NCBI RefSeq assembly: GCF_021054785.1
Contig: NZ_CP088239.1
Location: 1,050,001 to 1,082,000, forward strand
Direction of reading: 5' to 3'
Source: Tannockella kyphosi
GTDB lineage: Bacteria; Bacillota_I; Bacilli_A; Erysipelotrichales; Coprobacillaceae
DNA length: 32,000 bases
Shown: positions 18,316 through 27,219 of the stretch, piece after piece
How the letters are laid out: each line of letters begins with the position of its first letter
Numbering within the stretch: position 1 is the first letter of the stretch
Translations under genes and position numbers: made by a program
The notes under the pieces: model-generated
Told to the model about the DNA's origin: nothing
What the model saw: only the letters and a program-made list of their open reading frames with translations
The model's database searches: none

Positions 18316-19620
18316 ATGAAAAGAAAAATTATAAATTCATTTATTATTCTTAGTACCAGCAGTGCTATTACAAAGCTATTTAGTATGTTAAATCGTATTT
18401 TATTAGCTCGTATTTTACCTATGGAAGCACTAAGTTTATTTATTTTAGTAATGCCTTCTTTATCCATGTGTATTACACTAGGACAATTAGGTATTCCTTC
18501 TGCCATATTTCGCTTAATCGCTAATCCAACCTATCAAAATAAAAAAGTCATGATAACAGGATGTATCATTAGCTCTATTAGTTGTTTTTTTATCAGTATT
18601 GGTTTAATACTATTCGCTCCTTATATAAGCAACTCCTTGTTACATAACAAAGAAGCATATTTACCACTTGTATGTTTAGCTATCTATATACCCTTTATTG
18701 GAGTTTCGGGTATCTTAAAAAACTATTTTCTTGCCAAAGAAAATATTTATTTAATAGCCAAAGCACAATTGATTGAAGAAATAATGAGACTTCTTTTTAT
18801 TTGTGTTACCTTAGTAAACATTCAAAATAATGATAATAGTATCTTAGTTTCTATTGCTGTTATGAGCATGATAGTTGGTGAACTGTTTGGTATTATTTAT
18901 ATGTTTATTCGTTTATCTAATAAGCCTAAGTACTTCTTTGAATTATTACCAAACTTTAAAGAACATTTAATCGTAAAACAAATAATGAGTATTGCTTTGC
19001 CAGTAACTGGTAGTAGGCTATATCATAGTCTAGTTTCATTTTTAGAACCAATCATTTTACTTTCGATACTTTCCTCTCGTTTATCGTCTTCGCAAATACA
19101 ATATCAATACGCTATTATAAATGGTTTTGTCCTATCTTTGTTAATAACACCTACTTTTTTTAATAATGTTATTTATCGTATCTTTTTGCCAATTGTAACA
19201 AGAGATGTCGTAACTAATAACTACAAAAATATCCATTCTCATTTACTATTAGCTCTGTTAGGTTCTTTTAGTATTAGTATTCCTTTTACCTGTTTATTTT
19301 ACTTTTTCCCAGAAACATGCTTGTCTTTTCTATATAATACAACAGAAGGTGCTAGCTACTTACAATACTTATCCATCCCCTTTATTCTTTTTTACTTACA
19401 AACTCCATTAAGTGCTGTTATCCATGCACTTAATAAGAATAAAATTATTTTTGCAATTAGTTTTATTGAATGTTCTATTGAAATAGTACTCACTTATGTA
19501 CTTGCTAGTACATATGGTGTATTTAGTATTGCTATTAGTTTGTTGGTTGGAACTATTTTAACTTTGTTTTTAAGTGTCTTAACGATCTTTTATTTTGTGT
19601 ATCTAAAAAGCAGATATTAA
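18316..19620 (+). CDS. MOP-superfamily flippase, SpoVB/MurJ-like (putative lipid II or polysaccharide flippase)
   Basis: 434 aa and polytopic. MSIALPVTGSRLYHSLVSFLEPIIL parallels the SpoVB motif MSVSLPTTGSRF...FFEPIVV. SD AAGGAAGAG lies upstream. Confidence 0.8.
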   Translation: MKRKIINSFIILSTSSAITKLFSMLNRILLARILPMEALSLFILVMPSLSMCITLGQLGIPSAIFRLIANPTYQNKKVMITGCIISSISCFFISIGLILFAPYISNSLLHNKEAYLPLVCLAIYIPFIGVSGILKNYFLAKENIYLIAKAQLIEEIMRLLFICVTLVNIQNNDNSILVSIAVMSMIVGELFGIIYMFIRLSNKPKYFFELLPNFKEHLIVKQIMSIALPVTGSRLYHSLVSFLEPIILLSILSSRLSSSQIQYQYAIINGFVLSLLITPTFFNNVIYRIFLPIVTRDVVTNNYKNIHSHLLLALLGSFSISIPFTCLFYFFPETCLSFLYNTTEGASYLQYLSIPFILFYLQTPLSAVIHALNKNKIIFAISFIECSIEIVLTYVLASTYGVFSIAISLLVGTILTLFLSVLTIFYFVYLKSRY

Positions 19621-19630
19621 TCTGCTTTTT
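19605..19630. terminator. Bidirectional hairpin spanning the overlapping stop codons of two convergent genes
   Basis: AAAAAGCAGAT-ATTA-ATCTGCTTTTT has an 11-bp perfect stem with an A-run and a T-run. The plus-gene stop TAA is at 19618..19620 and the minus-gene stop is at 19619..19617, both inside the loop and stem. Confidence 0.7.
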
Positions 19631-20732
19631 GATGTAACCATTTTGAAAAAATTTCTAATCCTGCATGAATTTCTTGCCAATCTCCAGCTATTCCAAAACG
19701 CAAATGATTTTCAACCCCAAAACATCCTCCAGGGACAAAAAAGACACCTGTTTCTTCTTGTAGTGTTGTACATAATAGTTTCGAATCCATAGGAATATGA
19801 TACTTTAAAAACATCATTGTTCCTACTTCTGGTACTACACCAGAAAGTAAATCTTCTTGTTGTAACCATTCTTTTAATAATACTCTATTGTTATGAACAC
19901 GGTCTATTTGTTTGGCAATAATCGCCGAATAATGTTTTAAAGCAATACTTGCCAGATAGTCATATAGATATCCTGATGAAATCAAAGTATAATCACGACG
20001 TTCATTAATCAAACCAATCAATTGTTCATTTGATTTAACCCATCCTAATCTCAATCCTGCAAAACCAAGACACTTTGATAAGGAGCTAACGGAAATACCT
20101 AGTTCATACAGATCACTTACTGCCATTTCATAATCATAAGAAATACCTCGGTATACTTCATCTATCATAAAATATAGTTGATGTTTTTTACAAAGTAAAA
20201 CTATTTCTTGCAATAATTCATTATCCAAACATTTTCCTGTTGGATTATTTGGTGAAACAAGTGCAATCATTTTTGTGTTTTCTTTGATTAATGATTCAAA
20301 ATCATCAATCGTAGGAATCCAATCATTTTCTTGTTTTAACTCTATTTTATCTACTTCTATTCCAAATGATTCTGGATAAGAATAGAATATTTGATACGTT
20401 GGTGTTACTGTAATCATATGATCACCTGGTTGAAGTACTGTTTGAATAACCAATTCAATAGCACTCGTACAGCCATGGCAAATCGTTATTTGATCAATAT
20501 TTCCTGTTTTATACAAATTCAAAATTCCTTCTCTTACTTCTTTTGAACCTATAATTGGACCATAGTCCAATTTTGTTTCCATAAGATTACGAATAATTTC
20601 ATCTTTATTATCACAATACTCCAATAAGTCTTGTATGGATAAAGATGGTACACAAGAATCTGCTAAATTATAAAGACAATTATTTTCATGTTCTGTCATC
20701 CACATTTCAACTTCAAATACATCTAATTTCAT
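19617..20732 (-). CDS. Class I/II PLP-dependent aminotransferase
   Basis: 371 aa. NPNNPTG-type motif (SPNNPTGK), DEVY, and the SxSK lysine (SSLSKCLGFAGLRLGW). It is the last gene of the T-box-controlled ABC operon, and its start overlaps the ATPase stop as TAATG. Confidence 0.85.
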   Translation of the reverse strand: MKLDVFEVEMWMTEHENNCLYNLADSCVPSLSIQDLLEYCDNKDEIIRNLMETKLDYGPIIGSKEVREGILNLYKTGNIDQITICHGCTSAIELVIQTVLQPGDHMITVTPTYQIFYSYPESFGIEVDKIELKQENDWIPTIDDFESLIKENTKMIALVSPNNPTGKCLDNELLQEIVLLCKKHQLYFMIDEVYRGISYDYEMAVSDLYELGISVSSLSKCLGFAGLRLGWVKSNEQLIGLINERRDYTLISSGYLYDYLASIALKHYSAIIAKQIDRVHNNRVLLKEWLQQEDLLSGVVPEVGTMMFLKYHIPMDSKLLCTTLQEETGVFFVPGGCFGVENHLRFGIAGDWQEIHAGLEIFSKWLHQKAD

Positions 20733-21457
20733 TAATACATAACCTTACTTAAGAATTCTTTGGTACGATTATGAACAGGATTACTAAAGAATGTTTTTGA
20801 CTCATTTTCTTCTACAATACTACCATTCTCTAAGAAAATAACACGGTTTGCTACTTCTCTAGCAAATCCCATTTCATGAGTAACAACAATCATTGTCATC
20901 CCTTGATCAGCTAATTCTTTCATAACAGTAAGTACTTCAATTACAGTTTCTGGATCGAGGGCACTTGTTGGTTCATCAAATAACATGATTTCTGGATTTA
21001 AACAAAGTGATCTAGCAATAGCAACACGTTGTTTTTGACCTCCAGATAATTTATTTGGATAAACATCTTGTTTATCTTCTAAACCGACTCTCTTTAATAA
21101 TTCTAAAGCTTTTTCTTTGGCATCAGCTTCACTCATTTTTAAAACATGAATAGGAGCTAATGTAAGGTTTTCTAATACTGTTTTATGTGGAAATAAGTTG
21201 AAATGTTGAAAAACAAAGCCCATTTTTCCTCTTAATTCATGATAATCTGCATTTGATTTATCTAACAGTTGATTATTTAGATAAATCTTACCAGATTCTG
21301 GTGTTTCTAAACCATGAATACAACGCAATACAGTGCTTTTACCAGATCCTGAAGGACCAATTAAACAAACAATTTCACCTTTTTTAATTTCTAAAGAAAC
21401 ATCATTTACTGCATGTAAAGAACCAAAGTTCTTATTAATATTTTCTACTTTAATCAC
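20732..21457 (-). CDS. Polar amino-acid ABC transporter, ATP-binding subunit
   Basis: Walker [11 protein letters not shown]-loop, signature [13 protein letters not shown], Walker [12 protein letters not shown] and H-loop VTHEM. This is a GlnQ/ArtP-type protein of 241 aa with an apparent GTG start at 21457. Confidence 0.95.
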   Translation of the reverse strand: MIKVENINKNFGSLHAVNDVSLEIKKGEIVCLIGPSGSGKSTVLRCIHGLETPESGKIYLNNQLLDKSNADYHELRGKMGFVFQHFNLFPHKTVLENLTLAPIHVLKMSEADAKEKALELLKRVGLEDKQDVYPNKLSGGQKQRVAIARSLCLNPEIMLFDEPTSALDPETVIEVLTVMKELADQGMTMIVVTHEMGFAREVANRVIFLENGSIVEENESKTFFSNPVHNRTKEFLSKVMY

Positions 21458-22133
21458 TTTCAGCCAACTTCCTTTCTAACTTTCTTGCAAAGAAAGAAAT
21501 ACATAACGTCATTGCTAAATAATAACCAGCAGCAATTGTTAAAGAAGATAAGTAATCATAATATACTCCTCCTAAAACCATCGCTGATTTCATTAATTCT
21601 ACTGCTCCAATTGTACTAATTAAAGAAGAATCTTTTACTAAAGTAATAAACTCACTAACTAATGGTGGAACAATTCTTTTAAAAGCTTGTGGTAAGATAA
21701 TCATACGCATTGTTTGAGCTTTCGTTAAACCTAATGTTTCCCCTGCTTCAAACTGTCCTTTATCAATACCTATAATACCACTACGAATTAATTCTGTAGT
21801 ATAAGCCCCACTATTAATAGACAGGGCTGCTAACCCTACAACATATAAATTTTGACGAATAATATTTCCTGTTATTGCCATATATAACAATGGAAAAGCT
21901 AAATAAATATAAGTTAACTGAACTAAAAATGGTGTCCCACGAATAATTTCTACATAAAGATTTCCTAAAAAACGAAACACTTTATTTTCTGATAATTTAG
22001 CCGAGGCTCCAATAATCCCAAAAATAGTTCCTATACAAAGAGATAGTGCTGCGATAACCAAAGATATCACAGCCCCTTTTAATAAATACATTAAATTTTC
22101 GGGAGTGCATACACTACTAAATGCTGAATACAT
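21450..22133 (-). CDS. Polar amino-acid ABC transporter, permease subunit
   Basis: 227 aa and about 5 TM, with an EAA-like loop ([24 protein letters not shown]), HisM/GlnP type. Confidence 0.9.
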   Translation of the reverse strand: MYSAFSSVCTPENLMYLLKGAVISLVIAALSLCIGTIFGIIGASAKLSENKVFRFLGNLYVEIIRGTPFLVQLTYIYLAFPLLYMAITGNIIRQNLYVVGLAALSINSGAYTTELIRSGIIGIDKGQFEAGETLGLTKAQTMRMIILPQAFKRIVPPLVSEFITLVKDSSLISTIGAVELMKSAMVLGGVYYDYLSSLTIAAGYYLAMTLCISFFARKLERKLAESD

Positions 22134-22153
22134 ACTATCTCCTTTTTAGACTT

Positions 22154-22921
22154 CTAGTCTGTTAATTTTTTTAATCCGTAAGTTGTTGTTAATGAATCAT
22201 AATCATCAGAAGCAATGAATTTTTCTAAAGCTGCATCTAAAGCATCGATAATTTCAGTATTTCCTTCTTTAGCAATAATATAATTCATTTCATCCATTAA
22301 TGATTCTTCTAATACAACATATCCTGAAGCATCTGCATATTCTTGAGCTACTGCAATATCAACAATAACTGCATCATAAGCATATGAATTTAAACCTTCA
22401 AATAACATTTTAACATCTGATAAAGAAACAACTTCTGCATCAGTTACTGAATTCGCTGCATCTTCTCCAGTAGTTGAAGTTTGTGCTCCTAAAGTTTTTC
22501 CTTCTAAATCATCAATAGAAGTAATATCACTATCTGCATTTACTACTGCTACTTGACTAGTAGCTGTATAAGGAATAGACCATTCAACTGCTCTATCTTC
22601 ACTATAAGTAAATCCTGATAAACCAATCGTAATTTGATCAGCTTGGATTTGAGTAACAATATTATCAAATGACATAGAAACTAATTCAAATTCATATTGA
22701 GTATCTCCTTCATTCATATAAACTTCTAAGATTTCTAACATATCTGGATCAAATCCAACAATATTTCCATCTGTATCTTCTGATTCATATGGAGGATAAT
22801 CTGGTGAAATCCCTACATATACCATTACTGTTTCATCTTCACTTGATTCTTCATCACTTGAACACCCTACTAAACCTACTACCATAAAACTTGCTAATAA
22901 AACTTTCCATAATTTTTTCAT
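22154..22921 (-). CDS. Amino-acid ABC transporter substrate-binding lipoprotein (family 3 SBP)
   Basis: Signal peptide plus lipobox MKKLWKVLLASFMVVGLVG-C, an acidic linker and an SBP_bac_3-like body (YPPYE, GFDPDM, GLSGFT). The preferred start is ATG 22921 (SD GGGGAAAG at 22933..22926). Confidence 0.9.
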   Translation of the reverse strand: MKKLWKVLLASFMVVGLVGCSSDEESSEDETVMVYVGISPDYPPYESEDTDGNIVGFDPDMLEILEVYMNEGDTQYEFELVSMSFDNIVTQIQADQITIGLSGFTYSEDRAVEWSIPYTATSQVAVVNADSDITSIDDLEGKTLGAQTSTTGEDAANSVTDAEVVSLSDVKMLFEGLNSYAYDAVIVDIAVAQEYADASGYVVLEESLMDEMNYIIAKEGNTEIIDALDAALEKFIASDDYDSLTTTYGLKKLTD

Positions 22922-22957
22922 TTTTCTTTCCCCATTTCCCAATTTCTTTGCGATAAA

Positions 22958-23193
22958 TAAAAAACGCCTCTTAGTTTAAAACTAAGAGACGAAATATTCC
23001 GCGGTACCACTCTTGTTGATATATTGCTATATCCACTCTTGCTTGTAAAGTAAGCTTACTAGATATCCTACTAATTTCAGATATCTCTCTCGAAAGTGCG
23101 TTTCATTTAACAATTTCTGCTAATCTTTCACCATCATTAGCTCGCTACAAGTATTTATTAAACTACTCTCTTTGTCATTGAGTTTTTTGTATA
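22958..23193 (-). promoter_or_regulatory. T-box riboswitch leader, Arg-like specifier (CGC)
   Basis: On the minus strand the promoter has TTGACA (23228..23223), 17 nt, then TATTGT (23205..23200). The leader carries AUGA K-turn, AGAGUAG and GGUGAAAG. The specifier context is GAAA-CGC-A-CUUUCGAGAG, with CGC at 23100..23098. The T-box core is AGUGGUACCGCG (23012..23001). The terminator is CGUCUCUUAGUUUUAAACUAAGAGGCGUUUUUU. Confidence 0.85.
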
Positions 23194-23265
23194 TGTCATA
23201 CAATACAACTATCTAAAAATAATGTCAACCTATTTTTAATAAAAATTTCTTATTTTAAAACATCT

Positions 23266-24021
23266 TTATCCCATAAAACCAATTTCTTTCATCCAAATTG
23301 CTGTTTCATTTGCCCATGCACCTTCACTATGATCTTGATATTCATATAGATGAGGATAAACAAAATTTCTTTTTTTCGTTAAAAGTCTAGCTATTGATAA
23401 AACTTGTTCCGAGTATTTAGCTAATCTACGGTGTGTATTGCATTCAAAAGCACCCCAACTAATATAAAAAACTGTATTCGTGACATCTGTTTTTTCTATT
23501 TCACGATATAAACGACGATAAACATATGGTAAATATGGTGATAAACAAGCTGCACTTCCAAAAGTTGTCGAAGCAGACATACCAACATAAATAGACATTA
23601 AACCACCCATTGAACTACCAGCTATCGCTGTATTTTCTCTTTGAATCAGGGTTGGGTATTTAGCATCAATAGTTGGCTTTAATTCATCTACAATCCATTT
23701 TGTTAAAGCTTTTCCTCTACCTTCTACTTTACCCCAAACACGATCATTAAAATCATAGGGACTAAATTCACACAAACGATCATTTCCTTCATGATTACAT
23801 TCAATTCCAACAATAATGATTGGTTCATCATGATAATCTAAATAGTCTTTAATCCCCCATGAAGTACCATATGTTGCATCTTCATCATTAAATAGATTAT
23901 GTCCATCAAACATATAAACAACCTTACATCTTTGATCTTCTTCTAAATGATCAGGTACATAAATATGGATTGTTCTTTCTAATTGAAATGGTGTAATCAC
24001 CATATTTTCTTTTATAATCAT
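23266..24021 (-). CDS. Alpha/beta-hydrolase serine esterase (esterase D / 'putative esterase' type), copy B
   Basis: Nucleophile elbow GSSMGG, upstream YMFDGHNLF and a C-terminal DHSEGAW putative His. The preferred start is ATG 24021 (SD AGGGGAA at 24033..24027), 10 nt after the stop of esterase A. Confidence 0.75.
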   Translation of the reverse strand: MIIKENMVITPFQLERTIHIYVPDHLEEDQRCKVVYMFDGHNLFNDEDATYGTSWGIKDYLDYHDEPIIIVGIECNHEGNDRLCEFSPYDFNDRVWGKVEGRGKALTKWIVDELKPTIDAKYPTLIQRENTAIAGSSMGGLMSIYVGMSASTTFGSAACLSPYLPYVYRRLYREIEKTDVTNTVFYISWGAFECNTHRRLAKYSEQVLSIARLLTKKRNFVYPHLYEYQDHSEGAWANETAIWMKEIGFMG

Positions 24022-24031
24022 TGTATTTCCC

Positions 24032-24790
24032 CTAATCTTTAAAATATTCAATAACATGTCTTAATTGTACACGCCACCATTGCCAATCATGATCGACATC
24101 ATATCCCCAATAATCAAAAATAGCGTTATGAATATCTAATTGTAAAAAGACATTATTTAACTTTCTAGTATCTTCTAAACACTCATCTTCCCATCTACCT
24201 TGTCCAATCGTAACATAGATTTTACTAGTACGATATAAATCTTTATAATAGTGATCCCAAGCTAAATTTGGTAAAAAGTCTAATGGTGAATTTTCATAAA
24301 CTCTTCCATCTTGATAGTTTTCAAAAAAGAATCCAGCATGATAAATTCCACTCATTGCCATTGTACCATCAAATAAATCTGGACGACGACAGAAGAAATT
24401 CATTGCATGAGTTGCCCCCATACTACATCCTGTAGTAACAACCTTATCGCCTCTAGATAATCCGCTTGTTTCATATGATATTTGATAAATACGAGGATAT
24501 AATTCCTCACAAATATATCTAAAATAATTTTCAAATTGACCAATACGCCATCCATGATCTCCATTTGCACTAAATGTTTCTAAATCAATAGAATCTACAC
24601 AAAACAATTGTACTGTTCCATTTTCTAAATGATCTTGGATTGTTTCCACCATTTTAAAATTCTCATAATCGAAAAATCTTCCATCTTGGGCAGGAAAAAC
24701 TAATATTCTTTTACCAGCATGTCCATATACTTTAAATTCCATTTCACGATTTAAGTTATAACTATATTCTTTATAATATCCTGTATACAT
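24032..24790 (-). CDS. Alpha/beta-hydrolase serine esterase ('putative esterase' type), copy A
   Basis: Nucleophile elbow GCSMGA, with a C-terminal DVDHDW carrying the putative Asp/His. The start lies 11 nt after the ATP-grasp stop. Confidence 0.75.
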   Translation of the reverse strand: MYTGYYKEYSYNLNREMEFKVYGHAGKRILVFPAQDGRFFDYENFKMVETIQDHLENGTVQLFCVDSIDLETFSANGDHGWRIGQFENYFRYICEELYPRIYQISYETSGLSRGDKVVTTGCSMGATHAMNFFCRRPDLFDGTMAMSGIYHAGFFFENYQDGRVYENSPLDFLPNLAWDHYYKDLYRTSKIYVTIGQGRWEDECLEDTRKLNNVFLQLDIHNAIFDYWGYDVDHDWQWWRVQLRHVIEYFKD

Positions 24791-24801
24791 TTCTATTCCC
24801 C

Positions 24802-25989
24802 TTAGTGATTTTCATTTACATCTTTTACAAATTGATATACTTCTTCCATTGTATCAAAACAACCAATTAATATATCATTCCCCATTGCCCCAGCTAATGC
24901 TTCTGGACATCTTTGATTCATATAAATTTTTCCTTCATACTTACTAACTACTTCATTTAATGGTACATCATAATGATGTGCATCTCTTCTTGATGAGAAA
25001 ACAGCATGACAACTTGGATGATTTAAATCATATTTAGCATCATCAAAAGCAATCATATTTGCCCATAATTGATAAACATTAATTTGTCTAGCAAAATTCA
25101 TTACATCTGGTGCATTTCCACCTGGTGGTCTCATATTCACTTCTAAGCCTACAATATCTCCAACTTCTCCCAAACCTTCTTTTGCTTGAGTTAAACGGAA
25201 ATATTCGCAGTGAAAGAAACGACTATTTGTATCAAAAGCTTTTACTACTCTTTGACCAATATCACGAACATCTGTTTCTACTTCTTTTAAAGAATAAAAA
25301 TAAGTATCCTTTTGTTCATTTACTATATCCATAATTGGTGTTGGATAAATATTTTGTGTCTCAAAAACAACATTCTTATTACTATCCGCAATTCCATCAT
25401 AAGATAATAAATCTCCACAAACAAATTCTTCCATTATCATTTGATAAGGATAACTTGTTTTATAAAAATCTTTTAGTTCTTCTTCATTATTGATTTTAAA
25501 AGTAGTTGCAGCCCCCATCCCATTATCTGGTTTTACAATAACTGGATATCCTACTTTTTTAACAAATTCAAAGCCTGCTTCTAAATCATTTGTTAAATGA
25601 TAACGAGCAACCTTACACCCTGCTTTTTCATAAACAGCTTTCATTCCACTTTTATAACGAATTGATTTAATTGTTTCTTCATTTAATCCTTTGATATTAA
25701 AATCAGTTCTTAAACTTGCATCTCTTTCTAACCAATACTCGTTATTTGATTCTAAAAAATCAATTCTACCATATTTATGAGTCAAGAATGCTACTGCACG
25801 ATATACTTCATCATAGTTTTCTAAATCACTTACTTTATAATAATCATCTAGAGATTGTCTTAATTCTTCTCTTAATTCTTCATAAGGCGCATCTCCAACC
25901 CCAAAAGTAGAAACCCCATTTGCTTTTAATCCCTGTGTAAAATGATAATAATTTTCAGGAAAATTCGGCGATAAAAAAACAAAATTCAT
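24802..25989 (-). CDS. ATP-grasp ligase of unknown substrate
   Basis: ATP-grasp landmarks occur in order: GYPVIVKPDNGMGA (ATP-binding Lys), MIMEEFVCGD (hinge) and GLEVNMRPPGG (Mg/ATP E-x-N). The preferred start is ATG 25989 (MNFVFLSPNFP...) behind SD AGGGAGGAAAAA. The track's 17-codon extension has no SD. Confidence 0.8.
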   Translation of the reverse strand: MNFVFLSPNFPENYYHFTQGLKANGVSTFGVGDAPYEELREELRQSLDDYYKVSDLENYDEVYRAVAFLTHKYGRIDFLESNNEYWLERDASLRTDFNIKGLNEETIKSIRYKSGMKAVYEKAGCKVARYHLTNDLEAGFEFVKKVGYPVIVKPDNGMGAATTFKINNEEELKDFYKTSYPYQMIMEEFVCGDLLSYDGIADSNKNVVFETQNIYPTPIMDIVNEQKDTYFYSLKEVETDVRDIGQRVVKAFDTNSRFFHCEYFRLTQAKEGLGEVGDIVGLEVNMRPPGGNAPDVMNFARQINVYQLWANMIAFDDAKYDLNHPSCHAVFSSRRDAHHYDVPLNEVVSKYEGKIYMNQRCPEALAGAMGNDILIGCFDTMEEVYQFVKDVNENH

Positions 25990-26056
25990 AATTTTTTCCT
26001 CCCTAATATTATGATTTATATTGTATTCCCCCATAGACATCTCATCTATTTCACTG

Positions 26057-26086
26057 ATTATAGCATATAATTTTATTAATATAAAT
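26057..26086 (-). promoter_or_regulatory. Putative sigma-A promoter of the ATP-grasp/esterase operon
   Basis: An extended -10 TGCTATAAT (minus strand, 26065..26057) has a weak AT-rich -35 about 17 nt upstream. It would give a 5' UTR of about 60 nt. Confidence 0.4.
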
Positions 26087-26124
26087 AATTATTGATAAAA
26101 TAAATATTTATCATAAATAAAATA

Positions 26125-26148
26125 AAAAGGCATCTATCGATACCTTTT
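26125..26148 (-). terminator. Intrinsic terminator of the pseudouridine synthase gene
   Basis: The minus-strand RNA AAAAGGUAUC-GAUA-GAUGCCUUUU is followed by UAUUUUAUUU. One G.U pair forms only in the minus orientation. The hairpin overlaps the stop codon. Confidence 0.6.
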
Positions 26149-27115
26149 ATAATAGTTTTATTTTAATATTTTGATACATTTTTGGAACAGGACAAATAAT
26201 CTTTTTATCTTGTAAATAACTTAATTTTCCGAAAGGTTTTACAAAAGTAATAGAATATGCATGTAATAATTGATGTGATAATTGCAATGTTTTGGTAAGT
26301 TCTCGATTTAATTGGAAATCTCCATATTTACGATCTCCTATAATAGGATGTCCAATACTTGATAAATGGATACGAATTTGATGTGTTCTCCCTGTTATTA
26401 ACTTAACAAACACTTCTGTATATTCATAATTACTCTTTGCTGGTTTAATAATTGTTTTCATTGATAAAGCACCTGGTGTATCTTTGTTTACTAACTTGAC
26501 TCTAGATTCATCTTTAATCTTTACAATGTAGTCTTCTAAAAGTGCTTCTTGTTTAAGATACCCTTTTACAATTGTACAATATTCTTTATCAATACAATGT
26601 CTTTGTTTTACCATTTCATTTAAAGTTTGCAGGGCATCTAATGTTTTTCCAAATATAACGATTCCACTCGTATTACGATCCAATCGATGAACTGGCCCAG
26701 GCATAAATGAGTTTTCTCTCGATAAATCTAATTCCCCTTTTTTATTTAAATAAGCTAACACTTGATTAGATAATGTATTTAATGATTCATTAATATCTTC
26801 ATGTACTAATAAACCAGCTGATTTATTAACTACTAATATTTGGTCATCTTCATATAGTACCTCAAAGCTAATTTCAATATCTTTTACTTCTTTTTGCTTT
26901 GTGTATTCAAGGAATTTATCCTCATGTAAAAATAAGCTTACTTCATCATTTAGTTGCACGATATATTTTTCATTAATCCTAGAACCATTTACTTTAATAT
27001 CTTTTTTTCTTAACATTTTATATATTAAACTACTAGGAGCATTTTCTAAAATTTTCTTTAAATACTTATCTATTCTTTGATTTGCATCATTTTCTTGTAC
27101 TATTAATTTCTTCAT
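26147..27115 (-). CDS. RluA-family (RluD/RluC-type) rRNA pseudouridine synthase with N-terminal S4 domain
   Basis: S4-like RIDKYLKK...MLRKKDIKVNG, catalytic HRLDRNTSG and HQIRIHL...GHPIIGDRKYG. The track starts at TTG 27127. I prefer ATG 27115 (or 27121) behind GGTGA. Confidence 0.9.
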   Translation of the reverse strand: MKKLIVQENDANQRIDKYLKKILENAPSSLIYKMLRKKDIKVNGSRINEKYIVQLNDEVSLFLHEDKFLEYTKQKEVKDIEISFEVLYEDDQILVVNKSAGLLVHEDINESLNTLSNQVLAYLNKKGELDLSRENSFMPGPVHRLDRNTSGIVIFGKTLDALQTLNEMVKQRHCIDKEYCTIVKGYLKQEALLEDYIVKIKDESRVKLVNKDTPGALSMKTIIKPAKSNYEYTEVFVKLITGRTHQIRIHLSSIGHPIIGDRKYGDFQLNRELTKTLQLSHQLLHAYSITFVKPFGKLSYLQDKKIICPVPKMYQNIKIKLL

Positions 27116-27189
27116 TTTCATCACCAAGAATAGTATACCATGATAGTTTTTTTATTCATCATTTTTTTTGGTTTTTTTTGATGAAACCC

Positions 27190-27217
27190 TTTACATTAAT
27201 GGTCTGTATGCTATAAT
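27190..27217 (+). promoter_or_regulatory. Strong orphan sigma-A-type promoter on the plus strand
   Basis: TTTACA (27190..27195), a 16-nt spacer, then extended -10 TGCTATAAT (27209..27217). It is preceded by long T-tracts (27141..27179, UP-element-like). No plus-strand ORF follows it. Confidence 0.45.
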
Positions 27218-27219
27218 TA

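Noticed and set aside
2747-25910. Antisense or shadow ORFs listed by the track (2747..3031, 3497..3703, 9849..10031, 10980..11249, 12743..12961, 14012..14212, 17085..17387, 18297..18506, 25110..25334, 25716..25910)
   Set aside because: Each lies wholly or mostly inside a longer ORF on the opposite strand that has clear family motifs. Their translations are low-complexity and lack SDs. In AT-rich DNA, such ORFs arise by chance opposite real genes.
26093-26113. Perfect inverted repeat TGATAAA-N7-TTTATCA upstream of the ATP-grasp operon promoter, as a possible operator
   Set aside because: It consists entirely of A/T-rich low-complexity sequence lying between a terminator and a promoter. A 7-bp palindrome of this composition is expected by chance here. 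No cognate regulator gene is adjacent.
27178-27196. Rex-type operator (TTGTGAA-N4-TTCACAA-like) overlapping the orphan promoter, by analogy to RoxS regulation
   Set aside because: TGATGAA-ACCC-TTTACAT matches only about 5 of 7 positions in each half-site, and the halves are not mutually palindromic. That is too weak to call.
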